Assembly (NCBI GenBank): GCA_965228855.1 | Contig: CBDDIJ010000005.1 | Coordinates: 1,472,001 to 1,536,000, forward strand | Direction: 5' to 3' | Origin: Candidatus Obscuribacterales bacterium | Lineage (GTDB): Bacteria > Cyanobacteriota > Vampirovibrionia > Obscuribacterales > Obscuribacteraceae | Length of the DNA: 64,000 nucleotides | Shown: positions 39,179-49,114 of the stretch, piece by piece | How positions within the stretch are numbered: the first letter of the stretch is position 1 | How the letters are laid out: every line of letters begins with the position of its first letter | The notes under the pieces: generated by a model | Databases searched by the model: none | Told to the model about the DNA's origin: nothing | Seen by the model: only the letters and a program-made list of their open reading frames with translations | Position numbers and translations under genes: made by a program

Positions 39179-40165
39179 CTATAACGAGGCAGTCGCCTGT
39201 CTTGAATAAGCAGTACAATCAAGCCCGGTTTCCACACCTGCAAAATACGCACAGGAAGCCACCATGGCCGCATTGTCGGTGCAGTATTGCAAGTCCGGCA
39301 TGAAAACTTTGATTGCACCTGCTGAATCAAGCTCGCTGAAGCGCCTGCGCAAATCCTTGTTGGCAGCCACTCCGCCGGCAAGCACAATCTTGTCAACATT
39401 CAAAGCCATCGCCGCCTGATGCGTTTTTCGAAACAGAACCCGATTTACCGCATCCTGAAAAGATGCTGCCAGGTCATTGACTGGCAGCGGTTTTTCAAGC
39501 TTCTCCACAGTTCTGAGGACGGCTGTTTTCAAACCGCTGAACGAAAAATCATAGCCCTTGACCGTCCCCTCCGGAAATTTGAACGCACGCGAATCCCCTT
39601 CCCGAGCCACTTTATCGATCATCGGTCCGCCGGGATATCCAAGCCCAAGCAGGCGGGCAACTTTGTCATAAGCTTCCCCCGCCGCATCATCAAGCGTCTG
39701 ACCGAGAATTTCCCAGTCTTTATGAGCTTTCACATGAATAACTTGCGAGTGCCCCCCACTCACGAGCAAGCATATGAAAGGCGGCTCCAACTCTGTGTTT
39801 ATGTAGTTGGCGCAGATGTGCGCATACAAGTGATCCACAGTCAGAAGCGGTTTTTGCAACACCCAACTCATCGCTTTTGCTGCAGATAAACCGACAAGCA
39901 ACGTCCCTATCAATCCAGGTCCCTGAGTGCACGCTATCGCAGTCAGCTCACTCGGCGCAATGCCGCTTTTGTCGAGAGCCTGCTGAATAACTTCATTAAC
40001 TGCTTCCAGGTGATATCGAGCCGCAACCTCAGGCACCACTCCGCCGAATTTCTTATGAATGCCGGTCTGCGAGTTGAGTTCGCTGGCGAGAACAATGCGA
40101 CCATCCCGAACGACTGCGGCTGCCGTCTCATCACAACTGGTTTCCAATCCAAGAATTATGCTCAC
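39179..40165 (-). CDS. tsaD: tRNA N6-adenosine threonylcarbamoyltransferase
   Basis: LGLETSCDET, GGVVPEVAAR, HLYAH, VSGGHS, DDAAGEAYDK, FSFSGLKT, TDNAAM; GTG start with AGGA. Confidence 0.96.
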   Translation of the reverse strand: MSIILGLETSCDETAAAVVRDGRIVLASELNSQTGIHKKFGGVVPEVAARYHLEAVNEVIQQALDKSGIAPSELTAIACTQGPGLIGTLLVGLSAAKAMSWVLQKPLLTVDHLYAHICANYINTELEPPFICLLVSGGHSQVIHVKAHKDWEILGQTLDDAAGEAYDKVARLLGLGYPGGPMIDKVAREGDSRAFKFPEGTVKGYDFSFSGLKTAVLRTVEKLEKPLPVNDLAASFQDAVNRVLFRKTHQAAMALNVDKIVLAGGVAANKDLRRRFSELDSAGAIKVFMPDLQYCTDNAAMVASCAYFAGVETGLDCTAYSRQATASL

Positions 40166-40358
40166 GTTTCCTACCTGAGAATCACGCTCACGCTCGCTCC
40201 GGCGGCTGCCAAACGAGCCGCATCTCAAGAGCTGCGTTCCGCATTATAACGGGTATATAGCTAATGAGCTTTTCCGGTCCCAAAACAAGCGGTATTTTGC
40301 AACATCAGAAAATCGCCGAAACCCGCAAGAATTAACCTTCTTCCGCATTAAATTCCTA

Positions 40359-40387
40359 TTGACAAGCAATATTATCCACATTACTAT
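40359..40387 (+). promoter_or_regulatory. Sigma70 promoter with a DnaA box in the spacer
   Basis: TTGACA-N17-TACTAT; TTATCCACA at 40372-40380. Confidence 0.7.
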
Positions 40388-40537
40388 TCACCTATTAAAT
40401 GCCTGTTTTGCGCCCCTTTTTCCGGGCGTAAGTTTGCGAAATTTTGAGCATACTGCGGGCAATCGAGCGCAAGCTCTCCTTACTAAAAAAATAGCCAATC
40501 CGTCCGTTACTTACGAACCATCCAGGTGCAAGCCGCT

Positions 40538-41245
40538 ATGAATCTATTCAAGTCGTCGCTTTCCGTACTTTTTGCCGCAGGTTTAGTTGCATCCACGGCA
40601 GCCGCAGCATCCGCTCAAAGCCTTGATGTTGGTGGCATTCGAATGGGCTCGAATGGTCCGCAAGGGACTTTCAGCACGGGTCTGGGAAATCTCAACGTGA
40701 GCGGCACTAACGCCTCCACGACGTTTACGACCGGCGGACTTAACGGACGCCTGGATGTCGGAACCAACGGAGTTTACGCCAACACCAGTGCCGGCAGCTT
40801 TGGTTTTTCGATGCCCGGAGGCGGTAACGGTGGCATTGTTTCCAGCCCCAGTCAGGGCGGAGTCAACTACGGTCAGGGCGGCGGATACGGTCCTCAAGGT
40901 CAAGCTGTCGGCGGTTTCGCCAACGGAATAGGCTCCGGTGGCAGCGCTTATTCTTCTCAAGGCGCGACTGGCGACCAGTATCACGAGTCCGATACCACCA
41001 ACACGAAATTCCAGGGAAATAGCCGCTACACTCGCAAAAACAACAACTCGATTTACGAGAGGCAGCAAACCAACCTGCTCAGCACCTTCAGCACCGATCC
41101 GTCATCGGTCCCGTCAGGTTCTTTCGACTACGGTTTTCAGACAGGCGCCGGTAGTTGGCTGGGCACCGCTCGTGGTGCACTTAGAGGATGGTATTTACCT
41201 CGTACGTCGACAGGTTCGTTCGACGGCAACATCGTGAGTCCTTAA
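40538..41245 (+). CDS. Secreted Gly/Ser/Asn-rich hypothetical protein
   Basis: Signal peptide ..AASA|Q; low-complexity, beta-prone sequence. Confidence 0.8.
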   Translation: MNLFKSSLSVLFAAGLVASTAAAASAQSLDVGGIRMGSNGPQGTFSTGLGNLNVSGTNASTTFTTGGLNGRLDVGTNGVYANTSAGSFGFSMPGGGNGGIVSSPSQGGVNYGQGGGYGPQGQAVGGFANGIGSGGSAYSSQGATGDQYHESDTTNTKFQGNSRYTRKNNNSIYERQQTNLLSTFSTDPSSVPSGSFDYGFQTGAGSWLGTARGALRGWYLPRTSTGSFDGNIVSP

Positions 41246-41304
41246 AGGGAATCAAGGCAAGCGTGGTTGGCTTGTGTTGGTTTATCAGTGTCAGGTGATG
41301 GTCG

Positions 41305-41946
41305 ATGCTAAATAAGAATCTCTTATCGTCAATGGTGTTGGTCGCAGGTGCGAGCCTGTTCCTCGTCTCACCTGCGACTGCGCAGGAATCCGAGGAAACA
41401 AATCCCAACGGCTACGATAAGTCTTTTATCAACAGACCAGATCACAAAAAACCGACCAATCCCTTCGCCGCGCGAGCAGCAGACTTTCCGAAAAACAGCT
41501 ACCGCAGAATGCTGTTGAGCAGTCCTTTTGCCAGTAGTAGTGTGGGTCTCGGCGTAAATTCCAGCAACCAGATGTACAATCAGAACGCCTATACGTATCT
41601 GAATCCTGATTCGTTCAAAGCCAACGACGCTACTCCCGAAGAGGTAAACCGATACATAGATCAGGTCTACAAGCCGGATTTGAACAAAAGTGGCAATCAG
41701 GGTTATGAAACCAATAAAGGTTTCGACCAGCCTAATCCTTTCACAGGAACTCGCTCGTCCTTGACCGAAGAAAATCCATTCGGCAGCACTTTCGATAATG
41801 GACCGAATAGCCCTTACATGCAGCCAGAGCAGGTTCGCAAAAAACAATACTACGGACAGAAAGATATTTCGGACAGTCCGAAGTCAGTTTCGACACCGGC
41901 TTCGGACCTCCAGAACAAGATTGATACCAGTCAGTCGAATTTCTAA
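41305..41946 (+). CDS. Secreted Asn/Pro/Ser-rich hypothetical protein
   Basis: Signal peptide ..PATA|Q; repeated NPF. Confidence 0.8.
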   Translation: MLNKNLLSSMVLVAGASLFLVSPATAQESEETNPNGYDKSFINRPDHKKPTNPFAARAADFPKNSYRRMLLSSPFASSSVGLGVNSSNQMYNQNAYTYLNPDSFKANDATPEEVNRYIDQVYKPDLNKSGNQGYETNKGFDQPNPFTGTRSSLTEENPFGSTFDNGPNSPYMQPEQVRKKQYYGQKDISDSPKSVSTPASDLQNKIDTSQSNF

Positions 41947-42033
41947 GCTTCTATTTTGGAAAGACCTTACTTAACCGGATTACCGCCGCGAACAAACGAA
42001 GCCCAACGCGCACTTAATAGGTACAAATCAATC

Positions 42034-42738
42034 ATGATTAAACAAGCAGCCGCCACGATTTCCTTACTAGCTCTTGCAGCCATTATCGCCCCACCGGCTA
42101 ACGCGCAAGCAGCGCTGCAGTCGCAAGGTCGAACGGGCACGTTCGGTAATTCGTCGTTCACCACCAATAACTACAGAATGCCTAACTCATTCTTCACGAC
42201 AAACCAGAGCCTGCCTCGCGTCAGACCGACAGGATTGGGCGGATTGGCAGAAATTCACGGCCCGACAGGTCGAAATGGACTTCCGGTCACCAGCCTGGAT
42301 AGTTTCGTTCTCAACGCCGGCGGTCACGCCGAGCATATTTATGGCGATGAAGGCGCAGACGGTCTGCCGCCATATTTCGAATTCACCAAAGTGCACCGCA
42401 TCAACACCGGTATCACAGGGCAGCGCGACACCGGCTTGACCACAGGTCACGGCAGCTACATGCCTGATGCCTGGGGCGGAGACGAATTCGTCGATGGACC
42501 AGAATGGAGCCAATCAGGTTCTAATGGTGGAAACGCCGGACACTGGTCGCAAGGCGTCTACACCGGAGGCAGCCCCGGCACGCCGGCTTACAGCCCAGAC
42601 GAAGCGCCGCAGTACGACAACGTAACTCCTAACCAGGACGGCGACATCGACAACATTCCTTACGACGTTGGCTCAGAAGGTCAGTACCGGACAGATCAGG
42701 GTCCGACTACTCCTGGAACGAACCCGATGTTCCCTTAA
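42034..42738 (+). CDS. Secreted hypothetical protein
   Basis: Signal peptide ..PANA|Q; His/Asp-containing core (HAEHIYGDEG, TTGHG), acidic tail. Confidence 0.8.
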   Translation: MIKQAAATISLLALAAIIAPPANAQAALQSQGRTGTFGNSSFTTNNYRMPNSFFTTNQSLPRVRPTGLGGLAEIHGPTGRNGLPVTSLDSFVLNAGGHAEHIYGDEGADGLPPYFEFTKVHRINTGITGQRDTGLTTGHGSYMPDAWGGDEFVDGPEWSQSGSNGGNAGHWSQGVYTGGSPGTPAYSPDEAPQYDNVTPNQDGDIDNIPYDVGSEGQYRTDQGPTTPGTNPMFP

Positions 42739-42916
42739 ATTGCCACCTTTTTCACGTGCATAGATTTCGACCGTCTAAAAACCGGCCGATGCTTCATGGA
42801 CTATGAAGCGAGGTTCGTTTGACTCGAAGTCGAAACGGCAGTTTTTGTAGCCAGACGACAACATAGTGCCTGTAAAATTAAGGGCGCATATCAATGCTGC
42901 TCGCGATAAATTTCGA

Positions 42917-44701
42917 ATGAAACTAACCCTGGTCCGGAAAGCTATCTTATTGATAGGCATTCCATTCGCGCTTCAAATCTCCATATTCTTCTGGTTCGGC
43001 CACCTTTTGGAAACGGCAAGTCAGGCGGCTCGACGCGAATATGACGCCAAACTTTTTTACGTTCACAGCAACTATGCCACAGCCATAGTCGCTATTCAAA
43101 CTTTGAGTGGACTCGGCTACCTTCTAACGCACGATTCAAAGTGCCTTGACGAATATGCAACCTTTGCAAAGGGCACATCAAAGGAATTCAAGACGCTGAG
43201 TGAATTACTGAAAGATGAACCGGACCAAGTTGCCCGACTTCAGCGCATCGAAAAATTGGTTAACGAGTCACGAGACCTGCTAGGCATCTCTACGGACAAG
43301 ACCCGGACCTACAAAGATCTCTCGATTGAAAAATTGAAGCAGACGCTTCGAGAAGCAATTAAGATCCGCCATGAAATTATGCTCGGCGAATACGGCGACT
43401 TGCGTCCTACCCGAGCCGACCTGCCCAACGAACGCGAATCACAACGTCAAATGATCGTCAGCACTCTCGCATTCGTCTCGGTTGTTATCTTCGTTTTGAC
43501 GCTCATCTTCGTTCGTGGTCTTCTTACACGGCTGACAATAATTCACAGCAATACAAAAGCACTAGCCGAGAATGAACCGCTAAAACCGCCCGTCAAGGGA
43601 AACGACGAGATCTCCGATGTAGACTCATCATTTCACGAGATGGCCAACTTGCTGATCGAGTCCAGCCGAAAGGAAAGGGCCCTGGTCGACAATGCCACGA
43701 GCGTGTTGGCCTCGTTGGATAAACAACAGCAATTCATTAAAGTGAGCCATGTGGCAAAAAAATCTTGGGGTTACACCGAATCGGAACTCGTAGGGAAAAA
43801 CATCTCGACCCTTTTCGAAAACTGGACAAGCGAGGATACTGCCAGGCTGAGTGAACTGATTGCATCCGGAGAAAATGAGACTTTCGACCGCACGCTGGTT
43901 CGCCCGGAAGAACAAGAGAGCATCGTGAGAATCGACATCCATTGGGCGTCTTCCGAAGAACAATTTTTCTGCGTCGCCACCGACGTTACGAAAGAGAAAG
44001 AGCTCGAACAGATGAAGCAGCAACTGCTGGACACGGTCGCCCATGATTTGCGCTCACCAATGACTTCAATTCGCACAACACTTCAGCTCGTGCGAACAGG
44101 AGCCATGGGCGAAATCCCGGATGCAGTCAACAAACGCTTAGAGCGCGTCGAAGATCAAACGAATCGACTTATACGCCTGATCAATGACTTACTGGACTTT
44201 GAACGACTGGAGGCTGGCAGCATAACGCTGTTTTTGCAACCGGAGTCAGCCGACAAAATCGTCTTGTCATCCATTGAAGCAGTCTCAGAATCTGCAGAAC
44301 AAGCGGCTGTTCGTATCGAATATAAAACAGCGGAGATTGAGGTTAACGGTGATTGCGATCGGCTGATCCAGGTTTTAGTAAATCTGATTTCGAATGCTAT
44401 TAAATTCTCACCAGCGGAAACAGCTGTAACTATCCGCATTTCGCAAGTGCGTCAGCCAAGAGATGGCTCAGCTGTGCGCTTTGAAGTCAGCGACAGCGGG
44501 CCGGGCGTACCGGAAGAATTTCAGAAGAAAATCTTTGAACGTTTCAAAATGATAGAAGGTTCAAAAGCCCATAAAAAAAGCGGTTCCGGTCTAGGCCTGG
44601 CGATATGCAAACAAATCGTCGACCTACACGGTGGCGAAATAGGTGTCCTCAACAACGAAAACGGCTCAGGTTGCACGTTTTGGTTTACTATCCCGCAGTA
44701 A
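42917..44701 (+). CDS. Membrane sensor histidine kinase (CHASE3-like, HAMP, PAS, HisKA, HATPase)
   Basis: VAHDLRSP, NLISNAIKF, DSGPG, GSGLGL. Confidence 0.92.
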   Translation: MKLTLVRKAILLIGIPFALQISIFFWFGHLLETASQAARREYDAKLFYVHSNYATAIVAIQTLSGLGYLLTHDSKCLDEYATFAKGTSKEFKTLSELLKDEPDQVARLQRIEKLVNESRDLLGISTDKTRTYKDLSIEKLKQTLREAIKIRHEIMLGEYGDLRPTRADLPNERESQRQMIVSTLAFVSVVIFVLTLIFVRGLLTRLTIIHSNTKALAENEPLKPPVKGNDEISDVDSSFHEMANLLIESSRKERALVDNATSVLASLDKQQQFIKVSHVAKKSWGYTESELVGKNISTLFENWTSEDTARLSELIASGENETFDRTLVRPEEQESIVRIDIHWASSEEQFFCVATDVTKEKELEQMKQQLLDTVAHDLRSPMTSIRTTLQLVRTGAMGEIPDAVNKRLERVEDQTNRLIRLINDLLDFERLEAGSITLFLQPESADKIVLSSIEAVSESAEQAAVRIEYKTAEIEVNGDCDRLIQVLVNLISNAIKFSPAETAVTIRISQVRQPRDGSAVRFEVSDSGPGVPEEFQKKIFERFKMIEGSKAHKKSGSGLGLAICKQIVDLHGGEIGVLNNENGSGCTFWFTIPQ

Positions 44702-44794
44702 TTATGCGGACAGAGAGTGAAGCAAGTAACTTCGCCGGGATGCGAAAAGCACAGCAACTGAAACCAATCGAGTACGCGACCAGGCGAAACCAAA

Positions 44795-45454
44795 TTACCA
44801 CGGCGAGGGCATGCTGGGCACAGTAGACCACTGCGGAGCCTGACCGTTACCTGACGCAGGACCGAGGTTCATGACAGGATTCGGATCGTCGGAATTTGCC
44901 AATCCCTCCGGATGCTCAGCCTGAGCACAGCAGGTGATCGATACCGGGAACGGCGAGGATAGCCCCGGCACATCGGCAATCAAACCGATCGGAAGTGGAA
45001 CAAGGGGACCAACGCGCTGCCGCGTGGTGACTCGATACTCATAGATGTATTGAAGAAGATCTGGTCCGTCCGACATTTTAGTGTCCGGTCCCAGAAACTC
45101 GGTCGTCATACTTGTCAGACCAGTTCGCACGAGCCAGATGTGTCCACCGGTATTGGCAAGACCGCCGATTGGGTCGATTCTAGCGAACTTTCCAAATCCA
45201 TCGTCTTGTATTTTCTTCAAATTTGAGATGGTGGAACTCTTTGCGCCGCTAAAACTTGTAGAAACGCCCGCTGCACTGGCCGCTTGCCTGGTCGCGAAGT
45301 AGCAAGTCACATAGCCTGTTGCCACTCCGATGAGATCGATCAGCGGAAACAAAATCACTAAAAAGAAGATGATTATAGCTGGAGCAAACTCAGCTATATT
45401 AGCGCCTTGGGCGCGGCGCGACGGTCCGAACTTTTTCCGCAAACGAACGTTCAT
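44795..45454 (-). CDS. TadE-like pseudopilin
   Basis: Basic leader, RRAQG|ANIAEFA prepilin motif then hydrophobic helix; end of the tad cluster. Confidence 0.78.
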   Translation of the reverse strand: MNVRLRKKFGPSRRAQGANIAEFAPAIIIFFLVILFPLIDLIGVATGYVTCYFATRQAASAAGVSTSFSGAKSSTISNLKKIQDDGFGKFARIDPIGGLANTGGHIWLVRTGLTSMTTEFLGPDTKMSDGPDLLQYIYEYRVTTRQRVGPLVPLPIGLIADVPGLSSPFPVSITCCAQAEHPEGLANSDDPNPVMNLGPASGNGQAPQWSTVPSMPSPW

Positions 45455-45517
45455 TGAAGCACCACCTGGACATATTATTCCCAGAACTTTCAATCAGCTG
45501 GTAGCGTTTTCCGTTCT

Positions 45518-45877
45518 TCACGACCTGGAAAAGGAGAGTTGATCGCCCACTTCAGTCGAAGTATCCTTCGCTCGGCCGGCAGGAAGCTCAAGGCAGGAAT
45601 GGGCGCGGGAATACAGTTTCGAGGCCTGTCCCGGTTGAATTGCGTGCAAAATTTCAACGACTACGAGCTGTTTATCGACAAAAATTGCATCGATCGCGTA
45701 CTTCATTCCGAACATGTGAATGCTGTTGCATGGCACGATGAACAAACCGCCTCCAGCCTCGAGTTCAGAGGTACCCAGCAAACCTTTGGCGCGAGCAAAG
45801 AAGGAATCGGCTATCAGCGCTTTGTCGGCGATGGTAGTTCCGCGAGTCTCGTTTCGAAAAGTATGAAGGTCTTTCAA
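45518..45877 (-). CDS. DUF192 domain protein
   Basis: ADSFFARAKGLLG, PCNSIHMFGMKYAIDAIFVD, LELPAG. Confidence 0.9.
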   Translation of the reverse strand: MKDLHTFRNETRGTTIADKALIADSFFARAKGLLGTSELEAGGGLFIVPCNSIHMFGMKYAIDAIFVDKQLVVVEILHAIQPGQASKLYSRAHSCLELPAGRAKDTSTEVGDQLSFSRS

Positions 45878-45926
45878 AACACGCTTACCATCTTTCTTTT
45901 CAAGACCTCATAGCCGTTTCTGAAAG

Positions 45927-46529
45927 CTAAAACCAATAGCCCACGAAGGACAGAATCATCGGCAAACCGAACAAAGTAGTGTCGTGAAAACCGAGCAGGT
46001 CCAGCGTCGGCTTCTGCAAAACAATCGCTAGAAAAGTGCCGACCGCGATCGAAGGACCGAGCGGAATTTTCGACTTGAGCGCAGATTGCAGTTTTTCATC
46101 CTGCAAGAAATCATCGGTTACCACGCCGGTTTTCATCGCCATGGACATTTTTTGCCAGGGAAAAACAGATGCCGTTTTCGTAACCGCGACAAGACCATAG
46201 ATAATCGAGAAAAATAGGAATGTGAGCAGCACTCCGCCGGGACCCACGAAGGCTCCGATCGCCGCCATCAGCTTTGCGTCGCCAAAATACATCTTCGGTT
46301 TCTTCATCAAAATGTGGTCAGGCACAATCATAATCGCGACAGCGATGATCCAACCTGCCACCGCCACTAGTGCCGCCTGCCAGCCGCCGGACATAAAGTT
46401 TAAAACGATTCCGAGGGCCGCCGCGGGAAAAGTGATGACATTGAAAATCTTCTTGGTTTTCCAGTCGATAATTCCAGCCACCGTAACGATGACCAGGAGG
46501 GCGATTTGAGCGATGCTAAAAGTGGGCAT
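45927..46529 (-). CDS. cpaA: A24 prepilin peptidase (CpaA/TadV)
   Basis: IIDWKTKKIFN, FGDAKLMAAIG, IPLGPSI. Confidence 0.87.
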   Translation of the reverse strand: MPTFSIAQIALLVIVTVAGIIDWKTKKIFNVITFPAAALGIVLNFMSGGWQAALVAVAGWIIAVAIMIVPDHILMKKPKMYFGDAKLMAAIGAFVGPGGVLLTFLFFSIIYGLVAVTKTASVFPWQKMSMAMKTGVVTDDFLQDEKLQSALKSKIPLGPSIAVGTFLAIVLQKPTLDLLGFHDTTLFGLPMILSFVGYWF

Positions 46530-46597
46530 TTATGACCTTCGATGAGACTCGCATCATTTCCTGCAGGTTGGACCGTTCAATTTGCCGGTTCTGAAAC

Positions 46598-46978
46598 CTA
46601 GGGGCAGACTGCGATTGCGTCAATTTCGACTTTCACATCTTTAGGAAGTCTGGCTACTTCAACTGTTGCGCGTGCCGGTTTGTGGTTCGGGAAGAACTCG
46701 GCGTAAGCAGCGTTGACCTCTTCGAAGTCGGACATATCCTTGAGATAAATCGTTGTTTTTACAACGTTATCGAGGGATGAGCCGGCTGTTTCGATGATGT
46801 TAGTAAGGTTGCGCATAACCTGCTTCGTGAGTTCAGCGACGCTGCCCTGAGCAAGTTGCGACGTCGCCGGATCGATCGGAATCTGTCCGGAGACAAAAAC
46901 AAAACCATTCGCCTTAACCGCTTGGGAGTAAGGTCCGATGGCTTTTGGTGCTTTGTCGGTTTGTATAGCTTGCAACAT
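46598..46978 (-). CDS. ridA: RidA family enamine/imine deaminase
   Basis: APKAIGPYSQA, SGQIP, KPARATVEVARLP, VEIDA; AGGAG RBS. Confidence 0.93.
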   Translation of the reverse strand: MLQAIQTDKAPKAIGPYSQAVKANGFVFVSGQIPIDPATSQLAQGSVAELTKQVMRNLTNIIETAGSSLDNVVKTTIYLKDMSDFEEVNAAYAEFFPNHKPARATVEVARLPKDVKVEIDAIAVCP

Positions 46979-47097
46979 TCTTCTCCTACCGCAAAAACAG
47001 CGTTTTCTAACCAAGAACCGCCTAATGCTAGCAGATTGTCACATGCGAGTTCAGCACTTGATGCTCGACCGTGGCGGAACAGGTGGCAGGCGGATAC

Positions 47098-47129
47098 AAA
47101 AACGGTCAGCCGTTGTCTGGCTGACCGTT
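47098..47129 (-). terminator. Rho-independent terminator after tadC
   Basis: 11-bp stem AACGGTCAGCC/GGCTGACCGTT with T-run on the minus strand. Confidence 0.8.
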
Positions 47130-47152
47130 CAAAATGGCTTGAATAGTCGATT

Positions 47153-48079
47153 TTATTTCATCGACGACATGATAGGACCGATTGCCGTGACGATCGTTAC
47201 GACAGCAGGACCAAGCATCGGAGCCAGGATGAGAGGCATAACGAAGATCATGATTACAGGAACCATCTTAACCGGAACCTTACCGGCTTCTTCTTCTTTC
47301 TTCCGCTTGAGGCGGTCTCTCAGGGCTGCGGCTTGTTGTTGCAACGGATAACTGATGTCGGCACCCTTCGCTTCTGCAGCGATTAGAGCTGATGCCATGT
47401 TGATCAATTCGTCCACTCCGCAGCGCTCGCCCATTTCGCGCAATGCGTAGGGAACTGACTTTGCGAAGATTTTGACGTCGTTGATGAGCTGTTTCAGCTC
47501 AGCTGAGAGTGTCGGACAGGAATCGTCGACCTCTTTTGAAATTTTGTCGAGACCTTGAAGCATACCGAGACCGGCTTGTGCGCATACAATCATCAAGTCG
47601 ATAACGATCGGAAGTTCTCTGAGAATCTGGGTTTGGCGCTTCTTCGCGCGACCTGCCAGGAAGAAGTTCGGGATCAACCAACCGAGAACGGCTGCCGGAA
47701 TTGCGAGAACAAGGTTGATCGGGTTACCGGCTGCAGCCAGGACACCCATGAACAAAATGCTGCCAGCAACCATTGAGCGAATACCGATGTAGATCGCCAA
47801 GTGCTGAGGGGTACGGTAGTTCGCCTGGGTCAGGAGTTCGACGGAGCGTTTGTCAGCCAGTGCCGGCATCACGCTCAGAACCAACTCACCGATTGTACGA
47901 GCAAGAAGCAACAGAGCCGAATCTTTCGGTTTTTCAGCGGTGGTTTCATCACCCTCTTTGCGAGGACGAACCCGAACGGCATACGAATCAACGTAGATGC
48001 CCATGACCGGCCTCAAAAACAGAAGCCCTGCGGCTAAACAGACGCAGAATGTGAGCAGGGCAACCATTGTGTTGTTCAT
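47153..48079 (-). CDS. tadC: Tad pilus assembly protein TadC
   Basis: T2SSF-type; ELPIVIDLMIVCAQAGLG, EEEAGKVPVKMVP. Confidence 0.9.
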   Translation of the reverse strand: MNNTMVALLTFCVCLAAGLLFLRPVMGIYVDSYAVRVRPRKEGDETTAEKPKDSALLLLARTIGELVLSVMPALADKRSVELLTQANYRTPQHLAIYIGIRSMVAGSILFMGVLAAAGNPINLVLAIPAAVLGWLIPNFFLAGRAKKRQTQILRELPIVIDLMIVCAQAGLGMLQGLDKISKEVDDSCPTLSAELKQLINDVKIFAKSVPYALREMGERCGVDELINMASALIAAEAKGADISYPLQQQAAALRDRLKRKKEEEAGKVPVKMVPVIMIFVMPLILAPMLGPAVVTIVTAIGPIMSSMK

Positions 48080-48085
48080 TGGGCT

Positions 48086-49015
48086 TTAAACCTCGAAAGT
48101 AGTCATCTTCATCAGGATCCAGAATCCGATCAATTCCCAGATAATGAGAAGAAGAAGGATGATTCTGGCGACCGGGTGATTCAAGAACGGAATGATGTAA
48201 CCAGGAGTCGCGCAATAAGTGATCAGTGTAATCCCGTAAGGCAGACAGCCGATGAAAGCTGCCGTCGCTTTACCTTGTGAAGTCAAAGCTGCGAGGAAGT
48301 CGCGAAGTTTGAATCGTTCACGGATGGCATCAGCGATGGTGGCAACAACGTCGGCGAGGTTTCCGCCTACCTCTTGCGAGATAAACACTGCTTGGGTCAG
48401 CAGTCTGAAGTCGGGAGCCTTGATACGAATACACATCTCTTTGAGTGTGTCTTTGAACGGCTTTCCGAGTTGGAGCGAAATCAGTCCACGCTTGAACTCA
48501 CCGCGAATCGGATCCGGGGAGGTGTCAGCGATAACCTTGAAGCACTCTAGAATCGGCGAACCGGCTCTGAGTGAGCTCACCATGGTTTCCAAAACTTGCG
48601 GTAGTTGCTCGGTCATCTTCGCTTGTCTCTTCTTCGCTACTTGCGAGAGGTAGAAAACGAAACCGGCTGCACCAACCGGAATACCGAGAATGAAACCGAC
48701 GATCGACAATTCAGGCACGCTGAGCGCCATAAACAAACCGATCGCAAGACCACCGCCGACTGCGCAGCAGATCCAGGTAGTCTTCATCTGATCGTATTTT
48801 GATTCGAGTCCGGCTAATGCGAGAAGATGGGCAAGATATCCAGTTTTTTGTTGAACGAAGATATCGTCTTCCTGGTCCTCTTGATTCTTCTCAGCCATTT
48901 TGCGCTTGTGCTTGTACAGCCGAGAAAGCTCATCGGCATGACCGCTCTTTAAAAGCGCCATGCCGAGCAACCCTACGGTCAGGGCTGCGATGAATGTCAT
49001 CATTCCAACTTCCAT
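48086..49015 (-). CDS. tadB: Tad pilus assembly protein TadB
   Basis: QLPQVLETMVSSLRAG, EVGGNLADV, IRERFKL..ALTSQGK. Confidence 0.9.
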   Translation of the reverse strand: MEVGMMTFIAALTVGLLGMALLKSGHADELSRLYKHKRKMAEKNQEDQEDDIFVQQKTGYLAHLLALAGLESKYDQMKTTWICCAVGGGLAIGLFMALSVPELSIVGFILGIPVGAAGFVFYLSQVAKKRQAKMTEQLPQVLETMVSSLRAGSPILECFKVIADTSPDPIRGEFKRGLISLQLGKPFKDTLKEMCIRIKAPDFRLLTQAVFISQEVGGNLADVVATIADAIRERFKLRDFLAALTSQGKATAAFIGCLPYGITLITYCATPGYIIPFLNHPVARIILLLLIIWELIGFWILMKMTTFEV

Positions 49016-49114
49016 TGTTAGCGTTCCTCGAAATCGCGAACCTGACTAAATCTGGTGGTGACCCTTTGTATCGAGCCTCCTCCAATTAATTGCAAGCAAC
49101 TGGAACGTAGCGGC

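Noticed and set aside
40372..40380. oriC
   Set aside because: Single DnaA box, no box cluster, no dnaA/dnaN nearby
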